Source: an uncultured Dehalococcoidia bacterium
GTDB taxonomy: Bacteria; Chloroflexota; Dehalococcoidia; SZUA-161
Reading direction: 5' to 3'
Length of the DNA stretch: 64,000 nt
Assembly (NCBI GenBank): GCA_964353645.1
Contig: CAYGWR010000001.1
Span: forward strand, 7,091 to 71,090
Within the stretch, counting starts at the first letter, position 1. Each line of letters opens with the position of its first letter. Position numbers and translations under genes: made by a program. The notes under the pieces were generated by a model, which saw only the letters and a list, made by a program, of their open reading frames with translations, did no database searches and was not told the DNA's origin. Below, piece by piece: positions 50,293-59,715 of the stretch.

Positions 50293-51030
50293 ATGCGCTA
50301 CGCAATCATCTCCGACATCCACAGCAACCTCACCGCTTTCCAGGCTGTGCTCGAGGATATTGAGGCGAGGGGGGGATTCGAGCGTATTTGGTGCCTGGGG
50401 GACATCGTCGGTTATGGCCCTGACCCCAAGAAGTGCATCGAGCTGCTTCGTCAATATGACCATATCTGTGTGGCTGGAAACCACGACTGGGGCGCGATAG
50501 GTAAGATAGGTATCGACGATTTCAACCCTGAGGCTGCTATGGCCTGCCGCTGGACGGGGCAGCAGTTGGAGCAGCAGGATGTAGATTACCTGGCTAATCT
50601 CCCACCGGTAATCAGCGAAGGCAATTTCACATTGGCGCATGGCAGCCCTCGTGAGCCGATATGGGAGTACCTGGTTTCCATACACGTTGCCCAGGTTAGT
50701 TTCAATTACTTTCAGACCAAGTTCTGCCTAGTGGGACATAGCCACGTACCGCTAGTTTTCGAGTCACTTGCTCCTGACGATGATTGTTTAGTCCATGAGT
50801 TTCCCACGGATACCCCTCTTACCCTTGACCGAAACCGTCTAATCATCAATCCCGGAGGCGTGGGTCAGCCCCGGGACAGCGACCCCCGTGCCAGCTACGC
50901 TATCTACGATAGTGAGCATAATGTAATCTGGCATCACCGCGTGCCCTATGATGTTGCCAGCACACAGCATAGGATGAGAGAATACGGGTTACCTTACGGG
51001 CTCGTGGCAAGGCTGAGCCACGGCTGGTGA
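50293..51030 (+). CDS. calcineurin-like metallophosphoesterase (YfcE-like)
   Basis: MRYAIISDIHSN, GDIVGYGP and GNHD motifs. The start was taken at the ATG at 50293, inside the longer ORF 50266..51030. Confidence 0.75.
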   Translation: MRYAIISDIHSNLTAFQAVLEDIEARGGFERIWCLGDIVGYGPDPKKCIELLRQYDHICVAGNHDWGAIGKIGIDDFNPEAAMACRWTGQQLEQQDVDYLANLPPVISEGNFTLAHGSPREPIWEYLVSIHVAQVSFNYFQTKFCLVGHSHVPLVFESLAPDDDCLVHEFPTDTPLTLDRNRLIINPGGVGQPRDSDPRASYAIYDSEHNVIWHHRVPYDVASTQHRMREYGLPYGLVARLSHGW

Positions 51031-51130
51031 GAGTTGAATTTACGGCAATAGTATGATATACGGGTCGGTTCAGTGGTACTCTTGTTGTTTGGGTTTATAA
51101 TTCCATTTCTGTCTCTGTTCCTGAGCAATT

Positions 51131-51817
51131 TCAGCCCTGCCATAGCCTGTGAGCTTCCTCAAGGTCACCAGGAAAATCGATATCGGACCAGGGGCGGTCC
51201 GTGGCCAGCACATTCACAAATAGACCGCTGTCAACCAGGCCTTGGATGAGTTGAGGGAATGTGGTGCCCAAATTGGTATGGGCAATCTGTTCAAGCTGAC
51301 TAACTAGTGCCGGAATGGCATTTTTAGGGAACATGGCCACACCAATGAACTCTCCAAACGGCTTAGTCACGTCTTTACCTATAGCTTTTACAAGCCCGTT
51401 CTGCAGGACGACTTTCTCGGCCTCTCTGTCCATGCTTCTCGGATCCACGACTAAAAGGATATCATTCCCTCTACTCACAACCTCTTTAATCAGATTAGCT
51501 TCAAATAAGATGTCATCGTAGATCAATAAGAAGCCTGAACCCAACTCCTTTCTCACCAGCCAGAGATGCATTGCCACATTGCATATTTCGTAAAATGGAT
51601 TGAAAACACAAGACGCCCTTCCTGTGCAAAACTGCTCCACTTGGTCAGCCCCGAAACCAGTTATCACCAGTCGATCGCCGACACCGGCTTGTTCCAGTGC
51701 CTCAATCTGGCGGGCCAGGATAGCTTTGCCCCCCACCTCCAAGAGGCTGACTGGTTTGTGCTTGGTGAGTGGCAGCAACCGAGGACTTCTCGCTGCCGCA
51801 GTTATAATAGCCCTCAT
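51131..51817 (-). CDS. LicC/IPCT-like sugar-phosphate/phospho-alcohol nucleotidyltransferase paralog 1 (degenerate signature loop)
   Basis: MRAIITAAARSPRLLPLTKHKP aligns with the (G)xG(T/S)RL loop of the other two copies but reads AARSPRL. A shared C-terminal motif WSDIDFPGDLEEA is present. Confidence 0.65.
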   Translation of the reverse strand: MRAIITAAARSPRLLPLTKHKPVSLLEVGGKAILARQIEALEQAGVGDRLVITGFGADQVEQFCTGRASCVFNPFYEICNVAMHLWLVRKELGSGFLLIYDDILFEANLIKEVVSRGNDILLVVDPRSMDREAEKVVLQNGLVKAIGKDVTKPFGEFIGVAMFPKNAIPALVSQLEQIAHTNLGTTFPQLIQGLVDSGLFVNVLATDRPWSDIDFPGDLEEAHRLWQG

Positions 51818-51819
51818 TT

Positions 51820-52662
51820 TTAGCTTACTACTCCTGTGATAAGGCGCATGCGTATAAAAGCGCTTATACGATCAATGCAAATTACTGCGATGACCATTAC
51901 AAGTATAACAGTCAAGACTGCCGGGTTGTCAAAAAGGCGCGTGGCGTTGATGAGTTCAACTCCAATGCCGCCGGCTCCTACGAATCCTAATACGGTGGCA
52001 GCCCGGAAATTGTGTTCAAGGTAGTATAAAGTATAGCCAGCAAATAGAGGCCTTACCTGCGTCAGGATACCGTAGTAAATCGTCTGGATACGATTGGCAC
52101 CGGTTGAAGCTACGGCTGTGACTAGTTCGGCGTTTGTGGCTTCGATGGCCTCCGAAAAAAACCTACCGAGAGCGCCGATGTTGTGAACTGTCAGAGCTAG
52201 AACTCCAGGAAACGGACCAAGTCCCACCATAGAGACAAATACCAAGGCCCAGATTATCTCATTGATGCCTCGACAGAGGTCGAAGAATGTACGGGTAGCC
52301 TGGTAAACAGGCCAGTAAGGCATTACATTGCGGGCCGCTAGAAATGAAAGCGGCAGAGCTATTATAGCGCCAAACGTAACGCCCATTATAGCCATCTGGA
52401 TGGTCGTACCCAGCGGGCCCATAAGTCCACCGAGTATGCCCATATCCGGAGGGAACATGCGCTTTACATAGTCATACACGTAGGGCATGCCACGGAAGAA
52501 AGTAACTGGATTGGACTCAGTGCCCCTAATCGCCCATACATAAATGGCGACAATGGCCACCATCAAAGTGATATGGCGGAGCTTAGTTCCTAAATGCTCA
52601 ACAGGTATCTTTATCCTAGAATCCCCTCTTGCCATAGAGAATCCAATCCTCCGTCTCGCCAT
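51820..52662 (-). CDS. phnE: phosphonate-type ABC transporter permease
   Basis: A 280-aa permease with about six helices and the EAA-like loop (ALGRFFSEAIEAT). It is adjacent to the phnC and phnD homologs. Confidence 0.8.
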   Translation of the reverse strand: MARRRIGFSMARGDSRIKIPVEHLGTKLRHITLMVAIVAIYVWAIRGTESNPVTFFRGMPYVYDYVKRMFPPDMGILGGLMGPLGTTIQMAIMGVTFGAIIALPLSFLAARNVMPYWPVYQATRTFFDLCRGINEIIWALVFVSMVGLGPFPGVLALTVHNIGALGRFFSEAIEATNAELVTAVASTGANRIQTIYYGILTQVRPLFAGYTLYYLEHNFRAATVLGFVGAGGIGVELINATRLFDNPAVLTVILVMVIAVICIDRISAFIRMRLITGVVS

Positions 52663-53428
52663 AGATGTCTATTATATCCTTATCTGTAAGCTCAGCGGGG
52701 GTGTTATCGAAAACGATCTGCCCTTCCCTGATTCCAACCAAGCGAGTTGCATATGCTATGGCCATCTCGAGGAAGTGGAGGCTGGCCACTAGAGTCATGT
52801 CATGCTCCGTGCAGATATCCTTGATGAGGTCCATGATCTCCTTCATCAACTTTGGGTCCAAGCTCGACACTGGCTCGTCTGCAAGGAGGATACTGGCACG
52901 TTGCGCCATAGCCCGGGCTATCGCAACCCGCTGCTTTTGTCCACCACTCAAGTCGCTGACCCGTTTATTAGCGAACTTCTCAAGCCCTACTCTTCTTAGG
53001 CAGTCAGTAGCTGTAGCAATATCTTCTTCGCTGAATCGCCCAACTATACTCTTAAATGTGCCCACATACCCAAGCCTGCCCACCAATACGTTCTTTAGCG
53101 ATGTCGCCCCATCAATCAGGTTGAAATTCTGGGAGATCATTCCTATTTGGCGACGAACCAGCTCGACCTCTTTCGTGGGCAGACTGGTGATTTCTTTTCC
53201 ATCAATGAAGACCCTGCCTTTGGTGGGCTTGATGGAAAGGTTTGTACATCGGAGCAGTGTGGACTTGCCAGACCCACTTGAGCCCAGAATCACCACGCGC
53301 TCACCTTTGCTGACCTTCAAGTTGATATCCTTGAGGGCAGCCTCTGTCTTTTTCTTGCCATCGGAGCCGGAAGAGCCTGAGCGAGCCCTTATTGGATAGT
53401 TATGACTGAGTTCCTCTAACCTTATCAC
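52616..53428 (-). CDS. phnC: phosphonate-type ABC transporter ATP-binding protein
   Basis: Walker A GSSGSGKST, ABC signature LSGGQKQRVAIARA and Walker B ILLADEP. Confidence 0.85.
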   Translation of the reverse strand: MIRLEELSHNYPIRARSGSSGSDGKKKTEAALKDINLKVSKGERVVILGSSGSGKSTLLRCTNLSIKPTKGRVFIDGKEITSLPTKEVELVRRQIGMISQNFNLIDGATSLKNVLVGRLGYVGTFKSIVGRFSEEDIATATDCLRRVGLEKFANKRVSDLSGGQKQRVAIARAMAQRASILLADEPVSSLDPKLMKEIMDLIKDICTEHDMTLVASLHFLEMAIAYATRLVGIREGQIVFDNTPAELTDKDIIDIYGETEDWILYGKRGF

Positions 53429-53444
53429 CTCTTCTACCTCTTGT

Positions 53445-54326
53445 CTAAAGACCCAGTAAGTCGCGCGTTTCCCGAATGATATCGTAGTCGGAAGGTGTTA
53501 CCTTCACGTACTTCGCGATGTCTCCCCAGCCTTGAACTGTATAAATAATCTGCTGATCCATGTCAATAAGTGCTTGCTGTATTTTGTCCTTCAGATCCTG
53601 AGGAAGATCTCCTCTGACCACAATAGGCGAACCAGGTATCGGTGATGACTCGTAGATGATAACGTTAACATTTGGGTCAATCTGGCCCGCTTTGACCATG
53701 AGGTTGTACGAAGTATCGCTGTCAGCCCCAGCGTCTACGCTGCCGTTCTTAACGGCAAGCTCAACTGCATTGTGAGTGCCTGCGTAATACGAGGTTGAAA
53801 AGTCTTTCTGGATGTTGATTCCATTATCCAGCAGTATTTTCTTTGGTATCAAACACCCCGATGTAGAGGCTGGGTCTACGAATGCGAATGAGTGGCCCTT
53901 AAGATTATCAAGCGTTTTTATGCCCGAATCTGCTTTGGTGACGAAAACGGTCTTATAGGTCGAGAGGCCACTGTCCCTCCTCACACCGACTACTAGCGGC
54001 TCTGCGCCAGCTTCATCAGCCGCCAATACGTATGTGAAAGGCCCAAACCAAGCGATATCTATGTGCTTATACCGCATGGCCTCGACAGCAGCGGTGTAGT
54101 CGCTGGTTACTTGGAGTGTGACCTCCATATCGAGCTTCTGTGAGAGGTAATCAACCACCGGTTGATATTGGCGTAACATTGAAGCAGCGTCGTCTGCAGG
54201 AATAAGACCCCATCTAAGGACTTTTATCTCACCTTCTCCTTTTCCACCACAGCTCGTCCCACCCAGTGACATGAGAACCAATACAAGGGCAATCACCATA
54301 TACAATACTTTACTGGCCCGTTTCAT
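53445..54326 (-). CDS. phnD: phosphonate/phosphite-type ABC substrate-binding lipoprotein
   Basis: It has a signal peptide plus lipobox (GGTSC) and a PhnD/SsuA-like periplasmic binding fold (DIAWFGPFTYVLA, TSGCLIP). Confidence 0.8.
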   Translation of the reverse strand: MKRASKVLYMVIALVLVLMSLGGTSCGGKGEGEIKVLRWGLIPADDAASMLRQYQPVVDYLSQKLDMEVTLQVTSDYTAAVEAMRYKHIDIAWFGPFTYVLAADEAGAEPLVVGVRRDSGLSTYKTVFVTKADSGIKTLDNLKGHSFAFVDPASTSGCLIPKKILLDNGINIQKDFSTSYYAGTHNAVELAVKNGSVDAGADSDTSYNLMVKAGQIDPNVNVIIYESSPIPGSPIVVRGDLPQDLKDKIQQALIDMDQQIIYTVQGWGDIAKYVKVTPSDYDIIRETRDLLGL

Positions 54327-54437
54327 CGTACGTCTCCTTTTTAAAATTGTAACTTAATCCCATCCTAATATCGCAGTACCGCAACGCGTGCTATCTACAA
54401 AACAGAACTCAAAGATTATTTTAAGAAGACCAGTCCT

Positions 54438-55196
54438 TTAGCTGCTATCGGCGAACTTTCTTCGCGCTTCCTCTAAGTCCTGAGGCGTGTCGATCTCTAT
54501 CCAACCTCCTTTGATATCAACAGTCGTAATTCTGCGCCCTGTGTCCATAAGTTCCTGTAGCATATCGCTTAGATAGGCGCCATCGAGTGATAGGGAGCGA
54601 TGAAAGGGGGCTGCTGGGCGTTCTTTGGCCACCCTGTGGTAGGCATCTCTCATCTCTTGGCTACCCACTCTGCTGAATTTGGCTAAACCTATGAACTCTC
54701 CATAGGCGTTATCAGGTTTAACCACCCCCTTACCTATTGCCGTCACTCTTCCATTATCGACATTGACGAGCTCAGCCTCCGAGACAGGATGCTTGTCGCG
54801 ACCCCTATAGCGCTTACTCCAGTCAATATCTACAGTGAGAACTGAGTCTGCATTCCCACCGTCAAGGAGCTTTGCGACAGTGTCGCTACTATAGATAATA
54901 TCGGAGTATGAGATGATGAGGTCATCATTCATCTCACTTTGGGCGCAGAACAACGATCTCAGTATATTGGTTTTTGCGTAATTAGGGTTCTCGTAGTATG
55001 TAATATCGGGATAGTTAATAAGGTTGCTGTGATAACCTCTTACCACTGCAATCCTGTTAATACCATTGGCCCTAAGAGCATCCAGGGCTCTCTGAAGGAT
55101 CGTCTTGCCGCCAATCTCAAGAAGACATTTTGGCTTTTCATTGGTGAGAGGCCTGAGGCGAGTGCTGGGACCGGCAGCAACTATGATAGCCTTCAT
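54438..55196 (-). CDS. LicC/IPCT-like cytidylyltransferase paralog 2 (canonical signature)
   Basis: MKAIIVAAGPSTRLRPLTNEKPKCLLEIGGK matches the nucleotidyltransferase G-x-G-(S/T)-R-L loop and K of the LicC/GlmU/RmlA fold. It has the C-terminal WIEIDTPQDLEEA. Confidence 0.75.
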   Translation of the reverse strand: MKAIIVAAGPSTRLRPLTNEKPKCLLEIGGKTILQRALDALRANGINRIAVVRGYHSNLINYPDITYYENPNYAKTNILRSLFCAQSEMNDDLIISYSDIIYSSDTVAKLLDGGNADSVLTVDIDWSKRYRGRDKHPVSEAELVNVDNGRVTAIGKGVVKPDNAYGEFIGLAKFSRVGSQEMRDAYHRVAKERPAAPFHRSLSLDGAYLSDMLQELMDTGRRITTVDIKGGWIEIDTPQDLEEARRKFADSS

Positions 55197-55217
55197 GGCA
55201 GCACCTCTAATTACTGA

Positions 55218-56264
55218 CTATTCAACCTTTAGTATCGAATGCAACCGTCTGCTTACCCTGTTGAAATCTTCCAAAGTGTCGATCTCTGCCCAACCACCGT
55301 GAATGTCGATGTGGCGTACCGGATATCCCTGGTCTATCAACTCCTGGATCAGGTCGGTGAAATATGCCTTGTCAGTCGAAGGCGATGTATGAAAGGCCTT
55401 TGACTGGTAATTCTGAATAGCCCAATTGTGGATTGTCTTTAGCGTTTCTGCACCGCTTTTTCTGAATTTTGCCAGCCCGATGAACTCACCATGGGCTTCA
55501 TTGGGTGGTACGAGGCCCTTTCCAATCTTTGTTATTCGGTCTCCTTCAACTCTAACTAATTCAGCATCGGAAACTGGATGCTGGTGGCGTTTGAGGTAGT
55601 GGTTTTGCCAATCGATGTCCACCACAAGCGAGATATCAGACTGGTCCCTGAGCAGCAATTCCAGCACTCCCTTAGTGTATAAAATGTCCGCATAACAGAA
55701 TATGAAATCGTCATCAATCTCGTCTTTGGCATAGAAGAAGGACTTCAAGATACCGGTATTTTTGTAGTCGCTGTTTTCGTAGTACCTGATACCGGGGTAA
55801 CTTATCTTGTCCCCCTGGTATCCCCGTACTAACACGATGTCATATATGCCGCATGCCCTAAGGTTTTCCAGTTGCCTGCTGAGGATGGTCTTATTCCCGA
55901 CCTCCAGAAGACACTCTGGCTTATCCTTGGTAAGGGGCAGCAGGAGGTTACTCTCCCCGGCAGCTACAATGATCGCTTTAATCTTCGGGAATATAGCCAG
56001 TGAGCTGAGGTCGAGCCCGCGCCGAAGGATTTCGTCCAAATAGGCATCCCAAACATCTTGTCCCCGACTCTGGATAATAGCTTCGGCGAGTCTGTCAGCT
56101 AGCTTATCGCCAAGATGATTTAGAATTTTGCGGTGTAACTGTCGGCCGAGTATGGTTGTTATTGTCTCGTCAGCGGACTTAGAAGTTCCATGGCGTAGAC
56201 GCTTGTGTCCCGCCAGACCCTGCGTGGTCTTGAAAATGCCCCCACAGATTTCGCATGTAAACAT
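55218..56264 (-). CDS. C2H2-type zinc finger fused to LicC/IPCT-like nucleotidyltransferase (paralog 3)
   Basis: The N-terminus CEICGGIFKTTQGLAGHKRLRH is a C2H2 finger. After a ~90-aa linker comes IKAIIVAAGESNLLLPLTKDKPECLLEVGNK and a C-terminal WAEIDTLEDF. It is ~45% identical to paralog 2. Confidence 0.7.
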   Translation of the reverse strand: MFTCEICGGIFKTTQGLAGHKRLRHGTSKSADETITTILGRQLHRKILNHLGDKLADRLAEAIIQSRGQDVWDAYLDEILRRGLDLSSLAIFPKIKAIIVAAGESNLLLPLTKDKPECLLEVGNKTILSRQLENLRACGIYDIVLVRGYQGDKISYPGIRYYENSDYKNTGILKSFFYAKDEIDDDFIFCYADILYTKGVLELLLRDQSDISLVVDIDWQNHYLKRHQHPVSDAELVRVEGDRITKIGKGLVPPNEAHGEFIGLAKFRKSGAETLKTIHNWAIQNYQSKAFHTSPSTDKAYFTDLIQELIDQGYPVRHIDIHGGWAEIDTLEDFNRVSRRLHSILKVE

Positions 56265-56639
56265 GAGTACTGAGTATAATACTGAGTTACTGGAAAAATG
56301 TCAATAGTCATTTACGTCTCTTGACAAATGGCGGTGGATAGTGTACCTAAAAAGCACCAGAAATACGGATACAAAGAGAGGTATTTAAGATGAAAAATTG
56401 TTTGAGTTTGGCAGCGATGTCTGTTTTGCCTTCCTTCTACTTGATGTCCCGCGATATGACAGATGCAGCTTTTAGTCACGGAAATGGAATTACGGCCCTT
56501 CAGCTAGCTATCGCTGTGCTGGTAGGAGCGCTTTATACAGCTAATCACTTCAAAGGCAGAATCAAGACGTTTTTTAAGTACTCGTCCTCTAAAAGTAGGA
56601 AGGGGTGAGGGAACGAAAGGCTAGCAGAATAGAATTTGT

Positions 56640-57251
56640 TTATCTATAAATGCTTCGTACATAGCGCACATACTTGATTACGTAGTACAGGGAAACCAGG
56701 AACGTAGCAAGGAGAACAATCTCTGCATAACGCCAGTCGATAATGTGTACCATAATCGTGGGATAAACAAAAGCAGCCAGAAGGTTTGTATCCAGGTGCG
56801 GTATCGTAAAACCGCCTTTCTTCTTTGAGATAAGCCCTACCACAAGAAGTGCAAAAGCTATCAATATCAATCCTGCTGCAAGCAGCCAGTAAGTTTCGAA
56901 CTTAATAGCGAGGCCAACTATTGCGGTATAAACCAGAACGAAATCGGCCAAACCGTCAAAGGTTGCTCCGTAGGTAGTGGTCTTTTTACTTCTCCTGGCA
57001 AAATATCCGTCAAGCAGGTCGGTTATCGCGGCGGCAGCGAAGAGGTAATAGGCAGCATCCGTTCTATTAGAGAATATGAGCCATACAACTACAGGGGCTA
57101 CAACAATCCTGGAGCCGGTAAGAACGTCTGCCAATCTCAAAGCTTTGATGGGCCTTCTCTTCGTTTTCTGAGCAATCTTTGATTCTAGACCCAGTGTTTC
57201 CGGGAACGTGATATAATACCTGACACAAGAAAGAATTGTTGAATCGAGCAT
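56640..57251 (-). CDS. CDP-alcohol phosphatidyltransferase family membrane protein
   Basis: The signature D(x)2DG(x)2AR(x)8G(x)3D(x)3D appears as DLLDGYFARRSKKTTTYGATFDGLADF. It has about six TM helices and is 203 aa. Confidence 0.75.
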   Translation of the reverse strand: MLDSTILSCVRYYITFPETLGLESKIAQKTKRRPIKALRLADVLTGSRIVVAPVVVWLIFSNRTDAAYYLFAAAAITDLLDGYFARRSKKTTTYGATFDGLADFVLVYTAIVGLAIKFETYWLLAAGLILIAFALLVVGLISKKKGGFTIPHLDTNLLAAFVYPTIMVHIIDWRYAEIVLLATFLVSLYYVIKYVRYVRSIYR

Positions 57252-57319
57252 CAGGTAGTTTACACGAGTATAGTGGCAATGTTTTCATGTTGTCAAGATG
57301 TGCAGCTAACGTATAGCAT

Positions 57320-58231
57320 GTGGAAAGCGATCTAGAAACGGATGGTAATATGAAAAAAGATAAACCAAGCGCTACCGCAGAGGCCAACGCTGCTTTCAGG
57401 GCTGCGGAGTTGCTGAGACCAAAGAACGAGCAAGTTTGTGAAGACCGGTTCGCAAGACGTTTCCTCGGCCTGAGATTCGGTATCATAGCCCGGAGCAGAT
57501 TACTTACCGGGATTGCGCGGTGGTACGTTGAGCGAATTATCCCCGGTGCTGCCAATAGCGTGGTGGCTCGAACCAGATATATCGATGATTACTTGAAGCA
57601 GTGTATTGACGCTGGCATAGAGCAACTGGTTATTCTGGGTGCCGGCTATGATTCCAGGGCCTACAGATTTGATGGACTTAAGGCAAGGGTCAGGGTCTTT
57701 GAAGTGGACCATCCCAACACACAGAGGGTTAAAATACAGAAAGTCAAAAAGATATTTGGCTCTCTTCCGAGCCACGTGGTCTATGTCGGGCTGGACCTCG
57801 ACGAAAAGAAGCTCGGGGAAGGGCTTCTGGAAAGCGGCTATGACAAGGGTAAGAAGACCCTTTTCATCTGGGAAGGCGTCACTGTGTACATTATCCCGGA
57901 GGCTGTGGATGAGACCCTGGCTTTTGTGGCTGAGAACTCAGGCAAAGGTAGCTGTATCATTTTCGACTACGCGTTTCAGTCGGCTTTCGATGCAGCTTCA
58001 GAGAGTGGTGACGCCAAGAAGTGGCGGGAAGCTTATGAGCGCAGAGGTGAGCCTCCTAAGTTTGCCTTGAAAGAAGACGCTGTCGGTGATTTCCTCTCTA
58101 AGAGAGGGTTTTATCAAGTGAAAAGTGTCAGCCTGGAGTCGATAAAGAAGACCTACTTCAAAGGGCCTAACGCGAAGAGAAATGTGACGAACCTGGGGGG
58201 GATTGTTCAGGCGACTGTGGTACGCAGGTAA
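57320..58231 (+). CDS. class I SAM-dependent methyltransferase, LCM/TcmP-like family
   Basis: QLVILGAGYDSRAYRF and the EGVTVYI motif are typical of the Ppm1/TcmP O-methyltransferase family. Confidence 0.7.
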   Translation: MESDLETDGNMKKDKPSATAEANAAFRAAELLRPKNEQVCEDRFARRFLGLRFGIIARSRLLTGIARWYVERIIPGAANSVVARTRYIDDYLKQCIDAGIEQLVILGAGYDSRAYRFDGLKARVRVFEVDHPNTQRVKIQKVKKIFGSLPSHVVYVGLDLDEKKLGEGLLESGYDKGKKTLFIWEGVTVYIIPEAVDETLAFVAENSGKGSCIIFDYAFQSAFDAASESGDAKKWREAYERRGEPPKFALKEDAVGDFLSKRGFYQVKSVSLESIKKTYFKGPNAKRNVTNLGGIVQATVVRR

Positions 58232-58326
58232 TAGGCGGTTCCTGGGCTGGCCAGCCGTATTGACTGAACTGCCTTCAGTTGGTATATTTGAACAGGTTGA
58301 AAATTACCTGCAGAGAAGGAGTATAA

Positions 58327-59184
58327 ATGGCAATCAAGAAAGTCGGTGTGGTAGGTTGCGGCATAATGGGCGGCGGCATCGCCCAGGTCTGCGCTCAATC
58401 CGGCTATAACGTTACAGTGTCGGAGATTAACGATGAGCTGTTGAACAAAGGGTTGAAGGTGATCAAGGGCAATCTGGCTAAGAGCGTGGAGAAAGGCAAG
58501 CTGTCGAAAGAGGAAGAGGCGGCCATCGTGGGTCGGCTCAAAGGCACCACCAAGGTCGAGGACTTCGGCGATTGCGAACTGGTAATCGAGGCTGCCACAG
58601 AGAATATGAATTTAAAGAAGAAGATTTTCGCTGACCTCGACAGGGTCTGTGCCCCCAATGCGGTTATGGGTACTAATACTTCGTGCCTATGTGTAATCGA
58701 GGTAGCGATGGCGACCAAAAGGCCGGACAAGGTAATCGGGACTCACTTCTTCAACCCTGTGCCCGTGATGAAGCTGCTGGAGATTGTGACTACCATTGTA
58801 TCCAGCGAGGAGAGCCTCAACACGGTGAAGGCCTTCGGTCAATCGCTGGGCAAGGTAATCGTCATAGCCAAGGATACGCCTGCTTTCATAGCAAACCGCA
58901 TTGCGGTGCCCATGTTCATAGAGGCGATGAGAGTGTACGAGGCGGGCCTGGCTACAAAAGAAGACATAGACAATGCTCTGGTTCACGGCTACAACCACCC
59001 CATGGGACCCCTGGCGCTGGCTGACCTGGTGGGACTGGATACTCTGCTCTATGTATATGAATCAATGTACGCTGAGTTCAAGGACCCCAGATGGGCACCT
59101 CCGATACTGCTAAAAAGGATGGTTACGGCAGGGCATCTGGGAAGGAAGACAGGCAAAGGGTTCTACGACTATACCAAGAAATAA
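58327..59184 (+). CDS. hbd: 3-hydroxyacyl-CoA (3-hydroxybutyryl-CoA) dehydrogenase
   Basis: The N-terminus KVGVVGCGIMGGGIAQV and 3HCDH_N/C domain motifs (the region with FFNPVPVMKLLEIV). Confidence 0.85.
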   Translation: MAIKKVGVVGCGIMGGGIAQVCAQSGYNVTVSEINDELLNKGLKVIKGNLAKSVEKGKLSKEEEAAIVGRLKGTTKVEDFGDCELVIEAATENMNLKKKIFADLDRVCAPNAVMGTNTSCLCVIEVAMATKRPDKVIGTHFFNPVPVMKLLEIVTTIVSSEESLNTVKAFGQSLGKVIVIAKDTPAFIANRIAVPMFIEAMRVYEAGLATKEDIDNALVHGYNHPMGPLALADLVGLDTLLYVYESMYAEFKDPRWAPPILLKRMVTAGHLGRKTGKGFYDYTKK

Positions 59185-59517
59185 GCAGGTATTTAGTTGA
59201 CATAACATTAGACAAGGCCTGAGAACAGGCTGTAGCAGGCGGTGCTACCATTCGGGGTTTACGTGCCGCGTTTCTTGTACTCAGGGCAAGAGGTGGCATT
59301 GGGACGAGCCGGATTGTGGCAAGCGCTGCGCCAGTCCCATTTGCAGGTGTCGCAGAGAATGGGGTTTATCCCCAGGAATCTCTTGATTCTCAGGCTCAGC
59401 CTGTCTCTCCAGTTTGGCCTCATGTGAATACTCCATTTTGATTTGAGCCTTGGGGGCTCTAACATCTTTATTGTATCACCAGCGTTGCGATGTAACAAAT
59501 GTGGGAGGTAATTCAGC

Positions 59518-59715
59518 ATGCCTATAATCAGGATCGAGATGTGGACAGGCAGGACTCATGCTCAAAAGGCGGAGCTGGCTCGCGTTATCACCGAGGCCAT
59601 GGTAACCATAGCCCACACCACGCCGGAGGCGACCACAATTGTCTTTGAGGATATCGCAAAAGAGAACTGGGCTACCGGCGGCGTCCTGGCGTCCGATACC
59701 AAAGCCAAGAAATAG
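59518..59715 (+). CDS. 4-oxalocrotonate tautomerase family protein
   Basis: N-terminal Pro1 (MPIIRIEMW...) and a 65-aa length are typical of 4-OT family monomers. Confidence 0.7.
   Translation: MPIIRIEMWTGRTHAQKAELARVITEAMVTIAHTTPEATTIVFEDIAKENWATGGVLASDTKAKK

Noticed and set aside
52665-53399. 244-aa ORF on + strand
   Set aside because: It is antisense to the phnC-like ABC ATPase gene, whose Walker A, signature and Walker B motifs are all in the minus frame.
59259-59519. 86-aa Cys-containing ORF on the minus strand upstream of the 4-OT gene
   Set aside because: It has no RBS and no recognisable family, and a different-frame plus-strand ORF covers the same DNA. Calling it a gene is not supportable from sequence alone.
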